A model generated the notes under the pieces. The model ran no database searches. It was not told the DNA's origin and was given only the letters and a program-made list of their open reading frames with translations. Positions 36,046 through 46,567 of a stretch of DNA of 64,000 bases are shown here, piece by piece. A program made the position numbers and the translations under genes. Origin of the DNA: an uncultured Pseudomonadota bacterium (lineage in GTDB: Bacteria > Myxococcota_A > Polyangia > Fen-1088); the NCBI GenBank assembly GCA_963847705.1, contig CAWKBC010000030.1, positions 448,001 through 512,000 of the forward strand. Direction: 5' to 3'. Within the stretch, counting starts at the first letter, position 1. The number at the start of each line of letters is the position of its first letter.

Positions 36046-37556
36046 AACACCAGGAAGATCGAGCCGATGCCTCGCCATTCGTCCGAGCGGACCCGGTAGC
36101 CCAGGAGGCTGCTGTCTCGAGCGTCGTCGTCGAATTCGAAGGCCAGCCGGACCGGTCCGCCCAGGGGCTGCCACGACGCCACCGCCGCCAGGAACAGCCG
36201 CGTGTCGTGAAGCGAGAAGTTGTTCTGGATCGTGCTCTGACGTTCGTCGTCGGTGTTGAAAGACCAGAAGCTCTGGCTGCGGCCATCGAGCGTGAGGCGC
36301 ACGTCGCCCAGCTCGGCCTCGACGGTCGCCAAGGCGAGCAGGCCCTGCGCGAAGTAATAGCCCTCCTCCTGAAGCTCGGTCTTGATGGTCACGTTCGCGA
36401 ACGTTGGCGCCGCCTGCGGGTAGGCCAGGGAGGTCACCTGGGCAAATCCGTAGCTGGCAGCGAACGTGGCGCGCAGGGCGAGCTGGCCGCGCCGGGCCGC
36501 GAGCTCGACCATCGGACCGAGCAGGCCCACGGCCAGGGTTCGATCCCAGATGGAGGGGAGGCTTCGGGCGTCGTAGTCGAAGGAGCTGCCGACGCCGAGG
36601 AGGAGACCGTGACCATCCGGCTCGCCCGACGGACCGAGGACGTCGCCGTAGTTGCGCAGGTAGCGCCCCCAGACGAGTGAATCGGCGTGGACGAAGGCCC
36701 CCCGGATCGAGCCGTCCTCGAGGAACCAGCGCCCGCCGAAACTGGTCCACTGTCCGGGCCGCGCGCTGGAGGCGCCGAACCCCGGCTGCCGGTAGAGCGC
36801 GTGGGTGGTGATCCGATCGCCCAGCCCCAGCACGGTCTCGTCTCTCGTCTCGTCGTCGCCGAAGGAGGTGTGCGCCGCCCCGAACTCGAAGTAGACCCGG
36901 TGCCAGATCCGCCTGGAGAACCCCTGCCCGTCGAAGCTCTGGTCCCGCCGTCTGCCGTGGCAGACGGGCGCCTCATTCAGCGTTGCCACCGGCGAAAAGA
37001 GGGAGGCGCCAATGCAGTTCGCCAGGCTGGGCTCTCCGTCGGCGAACAGGCGGCCCAGGCGGTAGGTCGCCTCGCCGATCACCCATCCTGCCGCGGGCGT
37101 GACGATGAGATCGTTGGTCGACAGCTTCTGGTTCGGCTCACCGAAGAACTTCCAGAGCGTGGAGGCAGCGACCGTCGTCAGGAACGAGGCGCCCACGCCG
37201 AAGCCGTTGCCGCGCGCGATCTGGTAGTAGACGGTCCCGGCGAACGGATGACCGATGGCGTTCGTGTTGAAGCGGTCGTGGTCGAAGACCACGTAACGAT
37301 ACGAGAACAGCTCCGTTCGCCAGGTCGACCAGGTAAAGGCGGAGACTTGCGATTCAGAGGGCTCCTGGTGGCCCCAGTACCAGGCGGATTGGAGCCCGAG
37401 GAAGGCAAGCTCTCCCAGCACGACCCGGAGAAAGGGATGCTCTGGGCGGGCGGTCTCCGATTCGCTGTCGGTGTTCCGCAGCTCTGCTCCACGGGCGGGA
37501 AGCACCGACAGGAACGTCGCGAGTCCCCAGGCCAGGATGATCGCTCTGCTACGCAC
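36042..37556 (-). CDS. DUF3943-like outer-membrane protein
   Basis: FD.D.F.TNAIGHPFAG..YY..AR.NG, S.NDLI.TP..G...GE and terminal Phe. Start uncertain. Confidence 0.8.
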   Translation of the reverse strand: MRSRAIILAWGLATFLSVLPARGAELRNTDSESETARPEHPFLRVVLGELAFLGLQSAWYWGHQEPSESQVSAFTWSTWRTELFSYRYVVFDHDRFNTNAIGHPFAGTVYYQIARGNGFGVGASFLTTVAASTLWKFFGEPNQKLSTNDLIVTPAAGWVIGEATYRLGRLFADGEPSLANCIGASLFSPVATLNEAPVCHGRRRDQSFDGQGFSRRIWHRVYFEFGAAHTSFGDDETRDETVLGLGDRITTHALYRQPGFGASSARPGQWTSFGGRWFLEDGSIRGAFVHADSLVWGRYLRNYGDVLGPSGEPDGHGLLLGVGSSFDYDARSLPSIWDRTLAVGLLGPMVELAARRGQLALRATFAASYGFAQVTSLAYPQAAPTFANVTIKTELQEEGYYFAQGLLALATVEAELGDVRLTLDGRSQSFWSFNTDDERQSTIQNNFSLHDTRLFLAAVASWQPLGGPVRLAFEFDDDARDSSLLGYRVRSDEWRGIGSIFLVF

Positions 37557-37727
37557 CCCTCGCGTGGCCTCTCGACGACGGTTCTCACGATTCCCCCAGC
37601 GGCAATACGCTGTGGCTCCTAGAAGCGCGGTGCGCAAACGCGAATTGCGAGAACGTAGGGAAGGTCCCGTATTCGATCCCGAGATCCTCGGAAGCGACCT
37701 CAGGTTAGTCCCAAAGGGGGACCAACC

Positions 37728-38897
37728 ATGCGGATGAGGTCATTGGGATGGTTTGTGGGGTCGCTGGGTTTGCTGTTAGGGGCGGGCTCGGCGCGGGCGG
37801 AGGATCAGCCAATCTCGGGTCCCGACGCCATCAATCAGCTGGAAGGCAAGCCCGAGTGCCGTGATGCCGGGGTCACCGTGAGCTTCTCGACGGGTTCGAT
37901 CGTGCTCGACACGAACGCGCAGGGGGCGCTCAATGGCGTGGCGACCTGGATGAAGGCGGACAGCAAACGCACGCTTCACCTGCACGGCTACGCCGACACC
38001 ACTGGCAACAGTGAGGCGAACCTCGTGCTGAGCGAGAAGCGGGCCGATGCGGTCAAGACCTACCTCGTCGGACAGGGGGTCGACGCCACGCAGATCACCA
38101 CGATCGGTCGTGGCGAGGACGTCGCTGACCAGCTGCCGGCGAACGGTCGTACGGTGACCTTCCTGGCCTGCAAGCCGTCTGCTGCATCGGCGGAGGCTGA
38201 AGCGCCGGCGGCGGCCGAACCGGCTGCGCCGGCGGCGCCGCCCGCGCCGGAAGAAACGCCCCCGCCGCCCACGGTCGCCGTGGTGCCCGCGGTGGTCGAG
38301 CCGGTGCCGGCCGAGACACCGCCCGCGTCCGCACCACCCAAGTACGAGCCGCCCTCGAGGTTCGGCCTCGCGCTCCTGGCCGGCGGCGGTTACCAGGACT
38401 TCTCCAACAGCAACATGAGAAGTCTCACCAACGGGGGCGGCGCCTGGGACATCAGGTTCGTCGCCGGGACCCGGTCGATCCTCGGTTTCGAGGGCGCCTA
38501 CGTCGGCTCGGCCCGCGGCTTCCAGTCGCTGGGCGTGACAGCCAACAACCCGACGCTGATCTCCAACGGCGTCGAAGGGAACCTGCGCCTCAACGCCCCC
38601 ATCACCAGGGGCGACTCGCTGTTCGAGCCGTACGCCGTCGCCGGCGTCGGGTGGTCGCAGTACCACATCACCAACTACAACACGAACACGCAGGCGTTGT
38701 CGGACTTCAGCGCCACGAACGACAACGTGATGACCGTTCCCTTGGGCGTGGGATTTACCTACGGGTACAAGGCGCTGCTGCTGGACGTGCGGGGGACCTA
38801 TTCCCCGACGTACTACAACAACCTGCTCGAGGGGACCAGCGGCAACGGCACGCTGAACACCTGGGGCGTGGGCGGCTCGGTCGGGTTCGGGTTCTGA
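37728..38897 (+). CDS. OmpA-like peptidoglycan-binding domain, Pro-rich linker and C-terminal beta-barrel
   Basis: GYAD..G..E.N..LS..RA.AV..YL...G. The C-terminal barrel resembles 35368..36045 and ends VGFGF. Confidence 0.88.
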   Translation: MRMRSLGWFVGSLGLLLGAGSARAEDQPISGPDAINQLEGKPECRDAGVTVSFSTGSIVLDTNAQGALNGVATWMKADSKRTLHLHGYADTTGNSEANLVLSEKRADAVKTYLVGQGVDATQITTIGRGEDVADQLPANGRTVTFLACKPSAASAEAEAPAAAEPAAPAAPPAPEETPPPPTVAVVPAVVEPVPAETPPASAPPKYEPPSRFGLALLAGGGYQDFSNSNMRSLTNGGGAWDIRFVAGTRSILGFEGAYVGSARGFQSLGVTANNPTLISNGVEGNLRLNAPITRGDSLFEPYAVAGVGWSQYHITNYNTNTQALSDFSATNDNVMTVPLGVGFTYGYKALLLDVRGTYSPTYYNNLLEGTSGNGTLNTWGVGGSVGFGF

Positions 38898-39121
38898 GCA
38901 CCGTCTGACCGACGAGAGGCAACGTACGGGCCGCGGCTCGCTCCTTGGGGGCGGGCCGCGGTCGCATGTTCGTATCCCTTGACGCCGTCCGCACGCTTCG
39001 GCTTCAGGGTCACGGAGGACGCGGGCGGCAGCTCGAAGCGGACGGAGACGTTCATCCCGAAGTTTCCGCGCACCTCTTCAGCCTCGTAGGCATCCCACCC
39101 CCGATTCTGTATCGTCGGTAC

Positions 39122-39532
39122 GTGCTGTCCCTCGCGCGGACAATCGGCGTCTTGGGGCTGGCGGCCGGGCTGACCGCACCGGGTGCCGGGTGCGGAGGCG
39201 GCAGCACGTACACCGGCCTGATCTCCTGCACGCGGTCCACCAACGTCCAGGGCCTCGGGCTTCTCGAGGCGTGCGAGGAGGCTCCGGCCAGCGCGCGCTC
39301 GCAATTTCAGCAAGGCTGCACCGCGGCGACGACCGTCGACGGCGGAAGCCCCACCGTCGCGAACGCCCCCTGCCCGCGGGTGGACACCCTCGGTGGTTGC
39401 CAGATCACCAGCGGCGGGTTCGAGGAGTCCTTCTGGTACTACGGGGCCGGTGGCGACGGGGAGGTCGGGGCCATGCCGAGCGACATCCAGAGGCTCTGCT
39501 CGGCGTCGGGCGGAACCTACTTCGCGCCCTGA
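39122..39532 (+). CDS. Cys-rich lipoprotein, hypothetical
   Basis: Lipobox-like GAGC and six further Cys (CP.....GGC, C...GG.Y). Confidence 0.7.
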   Translation: MLSLARTIGVLGLAAGLTAPGAGCGGGSTYTGLISCTRSTNVQGLGLLEACEEAPASARSQFQQGCTAATTVDGGSPTVANAPCPRVDTLGGCQITSGGFEESFWYYGAGGDGEVGAMPSDIQRLCSASGGTYFAP

Positions 39533-39663
39533 ACGAAGCCGCCCGCTCCCGGCCGGTCGATGACGTTGCCGTGCATGAGACGATGAGCGTCACCGAGCGG
39601 CTCGAGCTGGCGCACCACCACCGGGTGACCCGCGAGACCTCCACCTCGTCGTGAACGCGCCTG

Positions 39664-40068
39664 TCAGTTGCCGGCGAAGTGTCCCGACTCCGGAACGGGC
39701 GGCCGCCGTTCGAGGAGCCCCCGGGCCACCAGGCTGGCGATGGCTTCGAAGGCGCAGGGCTTGGGCAGGAAATAGGGCGTTCCCACCGTCTCTGCGACCT
39801 CGGGCAGGTTGGTGACGCCAGAGAGCAAGACCAGGGGAATCTCCTCTTGCCCGACGTCGTGGATGAACATCCGATACGACATCTCCGGTCCCGTGAGGAC
39901 CGGCATCTCGACGTCGAGCAGGACGAGATCCGGTTGGCGCTCGGCAACGAGCTCCAACCCTTCCTGCCCGTTCCGCGCCGTTCGCACCTCGTGACCCTCC
40001 GCCTCGAGGAGGGCCGCCAGACTCTCCGCCAGGTCGGGGTCATCGTCGACAACCAGCAGATTCGCCAC
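39664..40068 (-). CDS. Single-domain response regulator
   Basis: LLVVDDD, PDLVLLDVEMP and FLPKP. Confidence 0.92.
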   Translation of the reverse strand: MANLLVVDDDPDLAESLAALLEAEGHEVRTARNGQEGLELVAERQPDLVLLDVEMPVLTGPEMSYRMFIHDVGQEEIPLVLLSGVTNLPEVAETVGTPYFLPKPCAFEAIASLVARGLLERRPPVPESGHFAGN

Positions 40069-40090
40069 CGCCGTGCACTCCCCGCGTCAG

Positions 40091-41545
40091 TTACGTCCGG
40101 ACTTCTGCTGGCTGCTCATCTGCCGCGCGCGTGGGCACGAGCGGCAGGTGCAGGATGAAGGTGGAGCCCTGCCCGAGCTCGGTCTTCACCGATACGGTTC
40201 CGCTGCTTGCCTGGGCGACCCGGTTGACGATCGACAGCCCGAGGCCGGTTCCTGGGAGGCTCTGCGTGCGCGACGCGCGATAGAACGGCTCGAACACGTG
40301 ACCCGCTTCCTCCGCCGCCATCCCCAGGCCATTGTCGGAGACCCGCAGCTCGTACGCGTCGTCGAGCGCTGTCCCGGAGATTTCGACCTCGGGCCCCACG
40401 TCGGGACGCCGGTACTTGACCGCGTTCTCGGTCAAGTTCGTCAGCGCCTGCCGGAGCAGCCCCTCGCTGCACGAGACGACCGCATGGTCGACCGCCACCC
40501 GAAGGTTCCCCCTTTCGCCCTTCACCCGGGCGGCGAAGTCCTGTTGAACCTGAACCGCGACCTCCGCGGGATCGCAAACTCCATTCACCTGGGTCTCGAC
40601 CCGCGCCAGCGTCAGGAGATCGTCGATCAACGTCTCCATCCTCTGCACGCCCCGCTGGAGCAGGTCCGCGGCCCGCGTCTCCTCGGGGACCTTCCGCGTC
40701 AGCTGCGTCGCAGCGACGTTGATGGCCATCAGCGGGTTTCGGATGTCGTGTGCGACTCTGCCCGCAAAGGCGTCGAGCTCGCGGTTTTGTTCTTCCAGGA
40801 TCTTGGCCTCCCGCGCTGTCTCCTCCTCCCGACGCCCGACCTGCCGCGCCGCCCAGCGCCAGGCGATCACGACGCCTGCCAGGGAGAGCACGCCCATCCC
40901 GAGGAGGGTCAGCATCAATCGCAGCTGGATGCTGGAGAATTGGGCCAGGGTCGCTGCGGCGCCCTGATCGTTGATGGAGATGAGCCTGTCGAACTGGGCT
41001 CCCACCGCCGCGAACTGTCCCGCCACGAGCTGCATCACCTGCCGCGCCTCGAAGTCCCGGTTCACCCGGGAGAGCGCCAGGGCACGTGCAATCGGGGCGT
41101 CGAGCGCCCGCAGGTCGGCGCGGGTCTCATCCCAGGCGGCGCGTTCGCCCGGCAGAGTGGCCCAGGGTTCGTAGCTCTGGGTGGTGACCGCGATCTGCCT
41201 GTCCAGCAGCGCCATTGTCGCCTCCAGCTTCGCCATCTCACCGAAATCCTTGGCGAGGATGTGCTCGTCGATCAGGGTCTGCTTCTTCTCCACCTCGTTC
41301 TCCAGCTGTCCCACCAGGCGGACGCTGGTCAGCACGGTGTCGGCGATCTCGTCGGTCCTCCTCTGGAGCGACCGTGCCTGGAGGACCGCGGACAGCGTGA
41401 TGATTGGCACCCAGGCGGTGACGAGGGCGAAGGCGACGGCCACGAACCGGCGGCTCGGACCTGTCGGTCCCGTCGGTCCTGTCAGCCCTGTGCCGGGCGC
41501 CCGCTTGGCGCCGCGTTTCGTGATTGCGCCGACATCTTTGTTCAT
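40091..41545 (-). CDS. Membrane sensor histidine kinase with a four-helix-bundle sensor
   Basis: Two TM segments, VAHDIRNPL, NL.ENAVKY, DNGLG and GTGLGL. Confidence 0.93.
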   Translation of the reverse strand: MNKDVGAITKRGAKRAPGTGLTGPTGPTGPSRRFVAVAFALVTAWVPIITLSAVLQARSLQRRTDEIADTVLTSVRLVGQLENEVEKKQTLIDEHILAKDFGEMAKLEATMALLDRQIAVTTQSYEPWATLPGERAAWDETRADLRALDAPIARALALSRVNRDFEARQVMQLVAGQFAAVGAQFDRLISINDQGAAATLAQFSSIQLRLMLTLLGMGVLSLAGVVIAWRWAARQVGRREEETAREAKILEEQNRELDAFAGRVAHDIRNPLMAINVAATQLTRKVPEETRAADLLQRGVQRMETLIDDLLTLARVETQVNGVCDPAEVAVQVQQDFAARVKGERGNLRVAVDHAVVSCSEGLLRQALTNLTENAVKYRRPDVGPEVEISGTALDDAYELRVSDNGLGMAAEEAGHVFEPFYRASRTQSLPGTGLGLSIVNRVAQASSGTVSVKTELGQGSTFILHLPLVPTRAADEQPAEVRT

Positions 41546-41773
41546 CCGTCGCCTCCCCCTGGTCACGTGGGCTTCAACCGTGAGTATGTGCACCGCCAAC
41601 ATCACGGTCGCTGTGAGCTCATGGGCAGGCGCACCTCGAAGTGTGTCCAGGCAGCTACACGACACCGGCGGGCGAAGATCGTTAGGAGATCGTTGGTTAA
41701 GATCATGGCCGAGCGGCTCCCGGTGCGACGTCACTTCGTCAGGTTCATGCTCAGCAGCGAGACCAGCCCAGCC

Positions 41774-42949
41774 ATGGTCAGAATCGGGCCCAGCGTCCGG
41801 CCCGTTTGGCCGGTCTCGCTCGTCTTGCTCAGCCTGGGTTGGTCCTGGGGAGCCGCGCTCGCCAGCGGCGGTCCGGCCACAGACGCCTATGACGACGTCA
41901 GCAAGACCACCGCCGTCGATCTGCATCTCTTCGGCGATCTGTATGCGCTGCGCAACTTCAACGACCCTGCCTCGCGCCTGAACCAGCTCAGAGAATTCGA
42001 CTTCAATTCGGACCAGGCCTCGCTGAGCTTCGCGAGGATCACGGTCGCGCATCGGCCCGAGCTCATCGGCTTCCGCCTCGACCTCGGCCTGGGTGACACC
42101 ACCCAGATTTACGAGCAGCAGGACCCGGCGGCCACGGCCCATCCCGAGCTGGCGCGCGCTCTCTCTCACCTCGAGCAGGCCTTCGTGACCGTGATGGTGC
42201 CGGTCAAACCCGGGATCGAAATCGACGTCGGCAGGTTCGGCACGCCGATGGGATTCGAAGACAACGAGAGCCTGTCGAACTGGCTCTACTCGCGCTCACT
42301 CCTTTACAGCTGGGCCGAGCCGTCGCTTCACACAGGGCTGCGCCTCTCATGCCGGGCCACCGACACGCTGGCGTTCTCCGCGTTCTGGGTCAACGGCTGG
42401 AACAGCATCGTCGTCGACGGAAACGACATGCGCACCGTTGCCGGCGCCGGATCGTGGGCGCCGGCCCCGGGGCTGGCGCTGATCGTGGTGGACATGGCCG
42501 GACCGGAGCATCCGCCCACCCAGCTGACCGGCGCGCTCTCCTTCCGCAACCTGCTCGCCGCGTACGTGACCTACGACGCAACGAAGCAGCTCTCTTTCGC
42601 GCTGGCCCTCGACCACGGGAACGACCGGGCGAACGGCGGTGTCGACTGGTGGGGGACGGCCGGCTACGCCCGGCTCCAGGCTCGTCCGTGGCTCGCCGCC
42701 GCGCTTCGCGCCGAGTATTTCGCCGATCCGAGCGGCTTCATGACCGGGACACCCCAGCGCGTCGGCGAAGTCACCACCACCCTCGAGGCCCAGCGGGTGA
42801 CCGAGCGGCTGCGGCTGGTGGCCCGGCTCGAGTACCGGCACGATCAGTCGAGCGCGTTCGTCTTCGACGGTGCGGAGCCAGACGTTCGGGAGAGCCGCCA
42901 GGACACCCTCACCTTGGCCCTGCTCGCCGCGTTTCGCTCGAGCGACTAG
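41774..42949 (+). CDS. Outer-membrane beta-barrel porin (BBP2/DUF1597-like)
   Basis: LEQAFV, GRF.TP.G.E, N..YSRS.L, HTGLR, NGW and R.EYR.D.S. Confidence 0.85.
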   Translation: MVRIGPSVRPVWPVSLVLLSLGWSWGAALASGGPATDAYDDVSKTTAVDLHLFGDLYALRNFNDPASRLNQLREFDFNSDQASLSFARITVAHRPELIGFRLDLGLGDTTQIYEQQDPAATAHPELARALSHLEQAFVTVMVPVKPGIEIDVGRFGTPMGFEDNESLSNWLYSRSLLYSWAEPSLHTGLRLSCRATDTLAFSAFWVNGWNSIVVDGNDMRTVAGAGSWAPAPGLALIVVDMAGPEHPPTQLTGALSFRNLLAAYVTYDATKQLSFALALDHGNDRANGGVDWWGTAGYARLQARPWLAAALRAEYFADPSGFMTGTPQRVGEVTTTLEAQRVTERLRLVARLEYRHDQSSAFVFDGAEPDVRESRQDTLTLALLAAFRSSD

Positions 42950-42973
42950 GAGGGCGCGCGGGGGAGCTCGCCG

Positions 42974-43756
42974 TCAGCGCGGGGGCGCCCTGTCAATCGC
43001 GGGCGCGGGCTGGACGCGCTTCGTCCCGTCCCAGGTCAACACCCGCGGTTGTTTCTCGCGCCCGACCGGCGTGTCGAGCAGGCCGGTGCAGGCCTGGCCG
43101 TTGCTGCCGTCGAACAGCTGGCAGCGCTGCTCGAAGAAGCCGGAGGCTGCGAAGTCCGCCGGGCTGGTGCAGGCGTCGTTCGCCGTCTTGTTGACGTCGA
43201 GGAGATTGCCCGGAGCTGCGTTGCGGTAGCAAAGCGAGACGAACTCCGAGCAGAACAGGCTGTCCGGCGTGGCGTGCGCGTCCTTGGGGTTGAGGGCCCG
43301 GCCCAGCATGATGCGCAGGCCGAGCTCGGCGAGTCTCAAGTACGCATACTTGACCCCGAGCAGCGTGAGCGCGGTGTCGAAGAGCTCGTCCTCGTCGAAG
43401 GGGCCCTCGCGCAGGTCGCGCCGGAGCGACCACCAGTCCACCTTGCCGCTGTACTTGCAGACCATGGTGCTCGCCGGCAGCACCTCGACGCCGCGCAGGT
43501 CGGCCTGGAAGGCGACGACGCGGTCGCGCCAGCGCGCCACGATCGCCACGTGGGAGTAGGGGGAGTCGGAGAGCCGCTCGATCACCCCCGACAGCAGGCG
43601 GTTGCCCCGGAACAGCAGCAGGTCCCCCGTCTTCATCTGTTCGCGCAGGTCCTGATAGCTCTTGCCCTCGTGCGGCCTGGGCGCGAGCGACACCTTCCAG
43701 CGCGGGTGATGCTCTCGCGGCGCGTGTCCGTCGGTGCCCGGGGCGTTGGCGTTCAC
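42974..43756 (-). CDS. Permuted papain-like amidase (YiiX/YebB, C92 family)
   Basis: TGDLLLF.G, YSHVAIV (His before Cys), LFCSEFV and SP.D. Confidence 0.85.
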   Translation of the reverse strand: MNANAPGTDGHAPREHHPRWKVSLAPRPHEGKSYQDLREQMKTGDLLLFRGNRLLSGVIERLSDSPYSHVAIVARWRDRVVAFQADLRGVEVLPASTMVCKYSGKVDWWSLRRDLREGPFDEDELFDTALTLLGVKYAYLRLAELGLRIMLGRALNPKDAHATPDSLFCSEFVSLCYRNAAPGNLLDVNKTANDACTSPADFAASGFFEQRCQLFDGSNGQACTGLLDTPVGREKQPRVLTWDGTKRVQPAPAIDRAPPR

Positions 43757-43838
43757 GGGCTCCGACGTTATCTCAACTCGGACCTGCCCGGGGAGGGCGC
43801 CCTTCGGGTGCCACCTCCTGGGGAATCGTCCGCTGCGC

Positions 43839-45185
43839 TCACAGTCGCAACGGGGGGCCGTAGAGCGTCGGCCGCCAGTTCGAGTAGCCGAAGCGCGACG
43901 AGAAGGTCTGCACCTCGTTCCAGCTCGCGTCGAGCTCGACGATCGTTCCGTCGGTCGTGTAGGTCACCAGGGTGTTGCCGCCTGGCAAACGCTGCACGTC
44001 CCCCATGATGGTGCTGGCGCCCGTGCCCGCGTAGTCCTCGACCACCGTGGCCGCGAACGAGCTCGCGGTGACGTTCAGCTGGAACTCGAAGATGTCGGCG
44101 TTCGTCCCGTAGCTGTTGTTGAACGCCAGGAAGGTCCAATCCTCCAGCAGATGGTGACCGTGAACGACCTGCCAGTCCTGCGGGACGCACATGTTGCCGG
44201 CGGGCGCCTGGTCGCACACCCCGCCCAGCTGCCATTGCACGGTCCCGGTCGCGCTCACCTTCACGAACACGCTCGGATTGCGATCCGCGATCGTGAAGCT
44301 GTCGTCGAACGGAAGATAGTGGATCGCGCAGGCGTGGTAGGTGTCCGAGAGGTAGAGGTTGCTCCCGATCGTGAAGGGGCTGCTGACCGTGCCGTTCGCC
44401 GCGCGAATCACCAGGTTGCTCGGCGGATCGACCCCCGCGACGCTCCAGACCAGCGCGGCGACCTTGCCCCCAGGCATCACCGTGAAATCGTGGTGCGCGT
44501 TCTCCAGTCCCGGGACGTTCTGCTGCGCTTCTTCCCCGTCCATCGAGACGTAGCGCATCTCCCCGCCGTCGTTGTCGAGGTTGAGCCCGACCATCCACAT
44601 GTTCTCCCCCTCGTAGTCCATCTGCGCGCGCGTGGTGTTCAGCGGGCCGTCGGCGTACCAGACGATCTCCCCGTCGGCGTCGACGATGAAGGCGCTGTCC
44701 GGCACGCTGATCCCCGAGCTGGTGACGATGAACCCAGGCTCCCGTTTGTCGGGTTGAGCCACCTGCACGGTGACGGGGCGGGCGTTCGGGAAGCTGCCCG
44801 TCGTGGGGAGGGTGTAGTCGGGGCTGGTGCAGGTCGCTCCATCACGGGTCGCCTCGATGTGGAACGCGTAGTCCTTGGACTGCTTGAGGCCGAGGAGCAG
44901 GGTTCGATAGTTGGTTTTGCTCAGGTCGACCGGCGCCTCGCCCCCCTGGTTCAGAAGTGAGCTCGGAGCGTTCTTCAGCTTGTAGACGATCTTGGCGCTG
45001 GACGGCGCGGCGCCCGTCGAGGACCACTCGACGATGCCGACCGTCGGGATCTGGGAGCTCACTTCGTTCGTGCTGACGGTGAACTCCAAACCGCTGCAGA
45101 CGCCCCCACCATCGCCGCAACCGGGTGAGGCGAGCAGAAGCAGAGGGACCACCAGGCCGATTGCAGCAACGTCGATGGCGGCCAT
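43839..45185 (-). CDS. Arylsulfotransferase (ASST)-like beta-propeller lipoprotein
   Basis: Lipobox-like SPGC, AHHDF, YHACAIHY, WQLGG, HGHH and G.VQRLPGGNTLV. Confidence 0.75.
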   Translation of the reverse strand: MAAIDVAAIGLVVPLLLLASPGCGDGGGVCSGLEFTVSTNEVSSQIPTVGIVEWSSTGAAPSSAKIVYKLKNAPSSLLNQGGEAPVDLSKTNYRTLLLGLKQSKDYAFHIEATRDGATCTSPDYTLPTTGSFPNARPVTVQVAQPDKREPGFIVTSSGISVPDSAFIVDADGEIVWYADGPLNTTRAQMDYEGENMWMVGLNLDNDGGEMRYVSMDGEEAQQNVPGLENAHHDFTVMPGGKVAALVWSVAGVDPPSNLVIRAANGTVSSPFTIGSNLYLSDTYHACAIHYLPFDDSFTIADRNPSVFVKVSATGTVQWQLGGVCDQAPAGNMCVPQDWQVVHGHHLLEDWTFLAFNNSYGTNADIFEFQLNVTASSFAATVVEDYAGTGASTIMGDVQRLPGGNTLVTYTTDGTIVELDASWNEVQTFSSRFGYSNWRPTLYGPPLRL

Positions 45186-45439
45186 GGTCGAGACCCGGTG
45201 AGCGGAGAAGCCATCCTGCCAGGTTCGAGCAGCGTCCTTCCTCTCATTTGTGGCGGTGCGACGCGCCGGCGATCGCCGGTGGCGCAGCGGTGGCAGCGCG
45301 CGCTCCCGGGGGCCGCGGTCATGAACCCTTCGAGCGTTCGCATCCGCCGAGGCGCAGGGTCCGAGGGCCCGTCTGTTCCGTCCACCGCCTGCTCTCCTTG
45401 CCCTTTGACGCTGGCCCTCCGGGGCGCTATCTCCCGCGG

Positions 45440-46501
45440 ATGCTCTTCGATCCGCTCACGCTGCGCGGGGTGACGTTTCGCAATCGCATCGGCGTCTCGC
45501 CGATGTGTCAATACTCCAGCGTCGACGGACTCGCCGACGATTGGCATCTGGTGCACCTGGGCAGTCGGGCCGTCGGCGGGGCAGGGCTGGTCCTCACCGA
45601 GGCGACCTCCGTCGAGGCCCGCGGTCGGATCAGCCCGCAGGATCTGGGGCTCTGGAACGACGCGCAGATCGAGCCGCTGGCCCGCGTGACGCGCTTCCTG
45701 CGCGCGCAGGGCGCAGCCTCCGGCGTCCAGCTGGCGCACGCCGGTCGCAAGGCCTCGACGGCGCGACCGTGGGAGGGGGGCAAGCCGCTCGCGCCCCCGG
45801 CGGGCTGGAGCCCCATCGTGGCACCCGCCGCGCTCGCGTTCGACGACGGGTACCAGACGCCCGCGGCGCTGGCGGTCGGCGAGATCGCGACGCTGGTCGA
45901 GGCCTTCTCCGCCGCCGCGGGGCGGGCGGCGCGCGCCGGCTTCGACGTCATCGAGATTCACGCGGCCCACGGCTATTTGATCCACGAGTTCCTCTCGCCG
46001 GTCTCCAACCGCCGCGACGACCAGTGGGGCGGCAGCTTCGACGGCCGGGTCCGGTTCTTGCTCGAGATCGTCCGGGCCGTTCGCCGCGTCTGGTCGGACG
46101 CGCGGCCGCTGCTGGTGCGTCTCTCCACCACCGACTGGTTGGGGGCGAACGGATGGACGGTCGAGGACTCCATCGCGCTCGCGCGTCGGCTGGGCGCCGA
46201 GGGGGTCGACCTGGTGGACTGTTCGTCCGGTGGCATCGCGCCCCGGGTGGCGATCGACGCCGGTCCCGGCTACCAGACGGCCAACGCCGCCCGCATCCGG
46301 GCCGAAGCGGCGCTCCCCACCGCCGCCATCGGCCTCATCACCACCGCGTCGCAAGCCGAGCACATCTTGCGCACGGGGCAGGCCGACATGGTCTTTCTTG
46401 CGCGCGAGCTTCTGCGGGATCCCTACTGGCCGCTGCGCGCGGCGCGCGAGCTGGGCGCCTCTGTCCCGTCGCCCGCGCAGTACGATCGCGCCTGGCGCTG
46501 A
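45440..46501 (+). CDS. NADH:flavin oxidoreductase, old yellow enzyme (YqjM/NamA type)
   Basis: SPMCQYS, QLAHAGRKAS, EIHAAHGYL.HEFLSP and RE.LRDPYW. Confidence 0.95.
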   Translation: MLFDPLTLRGVTFRNRIGVSPMCQYSSVDGLADDWHLVHLGSRAVGGAGLVLTEATSVEARGRISPQDLGLWNDAQIEPLARVTRFLRAQGAASGVQLAHAGRKASTARPWEGGKPLAPPAGWSPIVAPAALAFDDGYQTPAALAVGEIATLVEAFSAAAGRAARAGFDVIEIHAAHGYLIHEFLSPVSNRRDDQWGGSFDGRVRFLLEIVRAVRRVWSDARPLLVRLSTTDWLGANGWTVEDSIALARRLGAEGVDLVDCSSGGIAPRVAIDAGPGYQTANAARIRAEAALPTAAIGLITTASQAEHILRTGQADMVFLARELLRDPYWPLRAARELGASVPSPAQYDRAWR

Positions 46502-46567
46502 GCGTTCGATTGGTCGCCCGGGAGGCTGGGTTTAGAATCGCGGCCGGGCGTTCCAAGGAGAGGCAGC

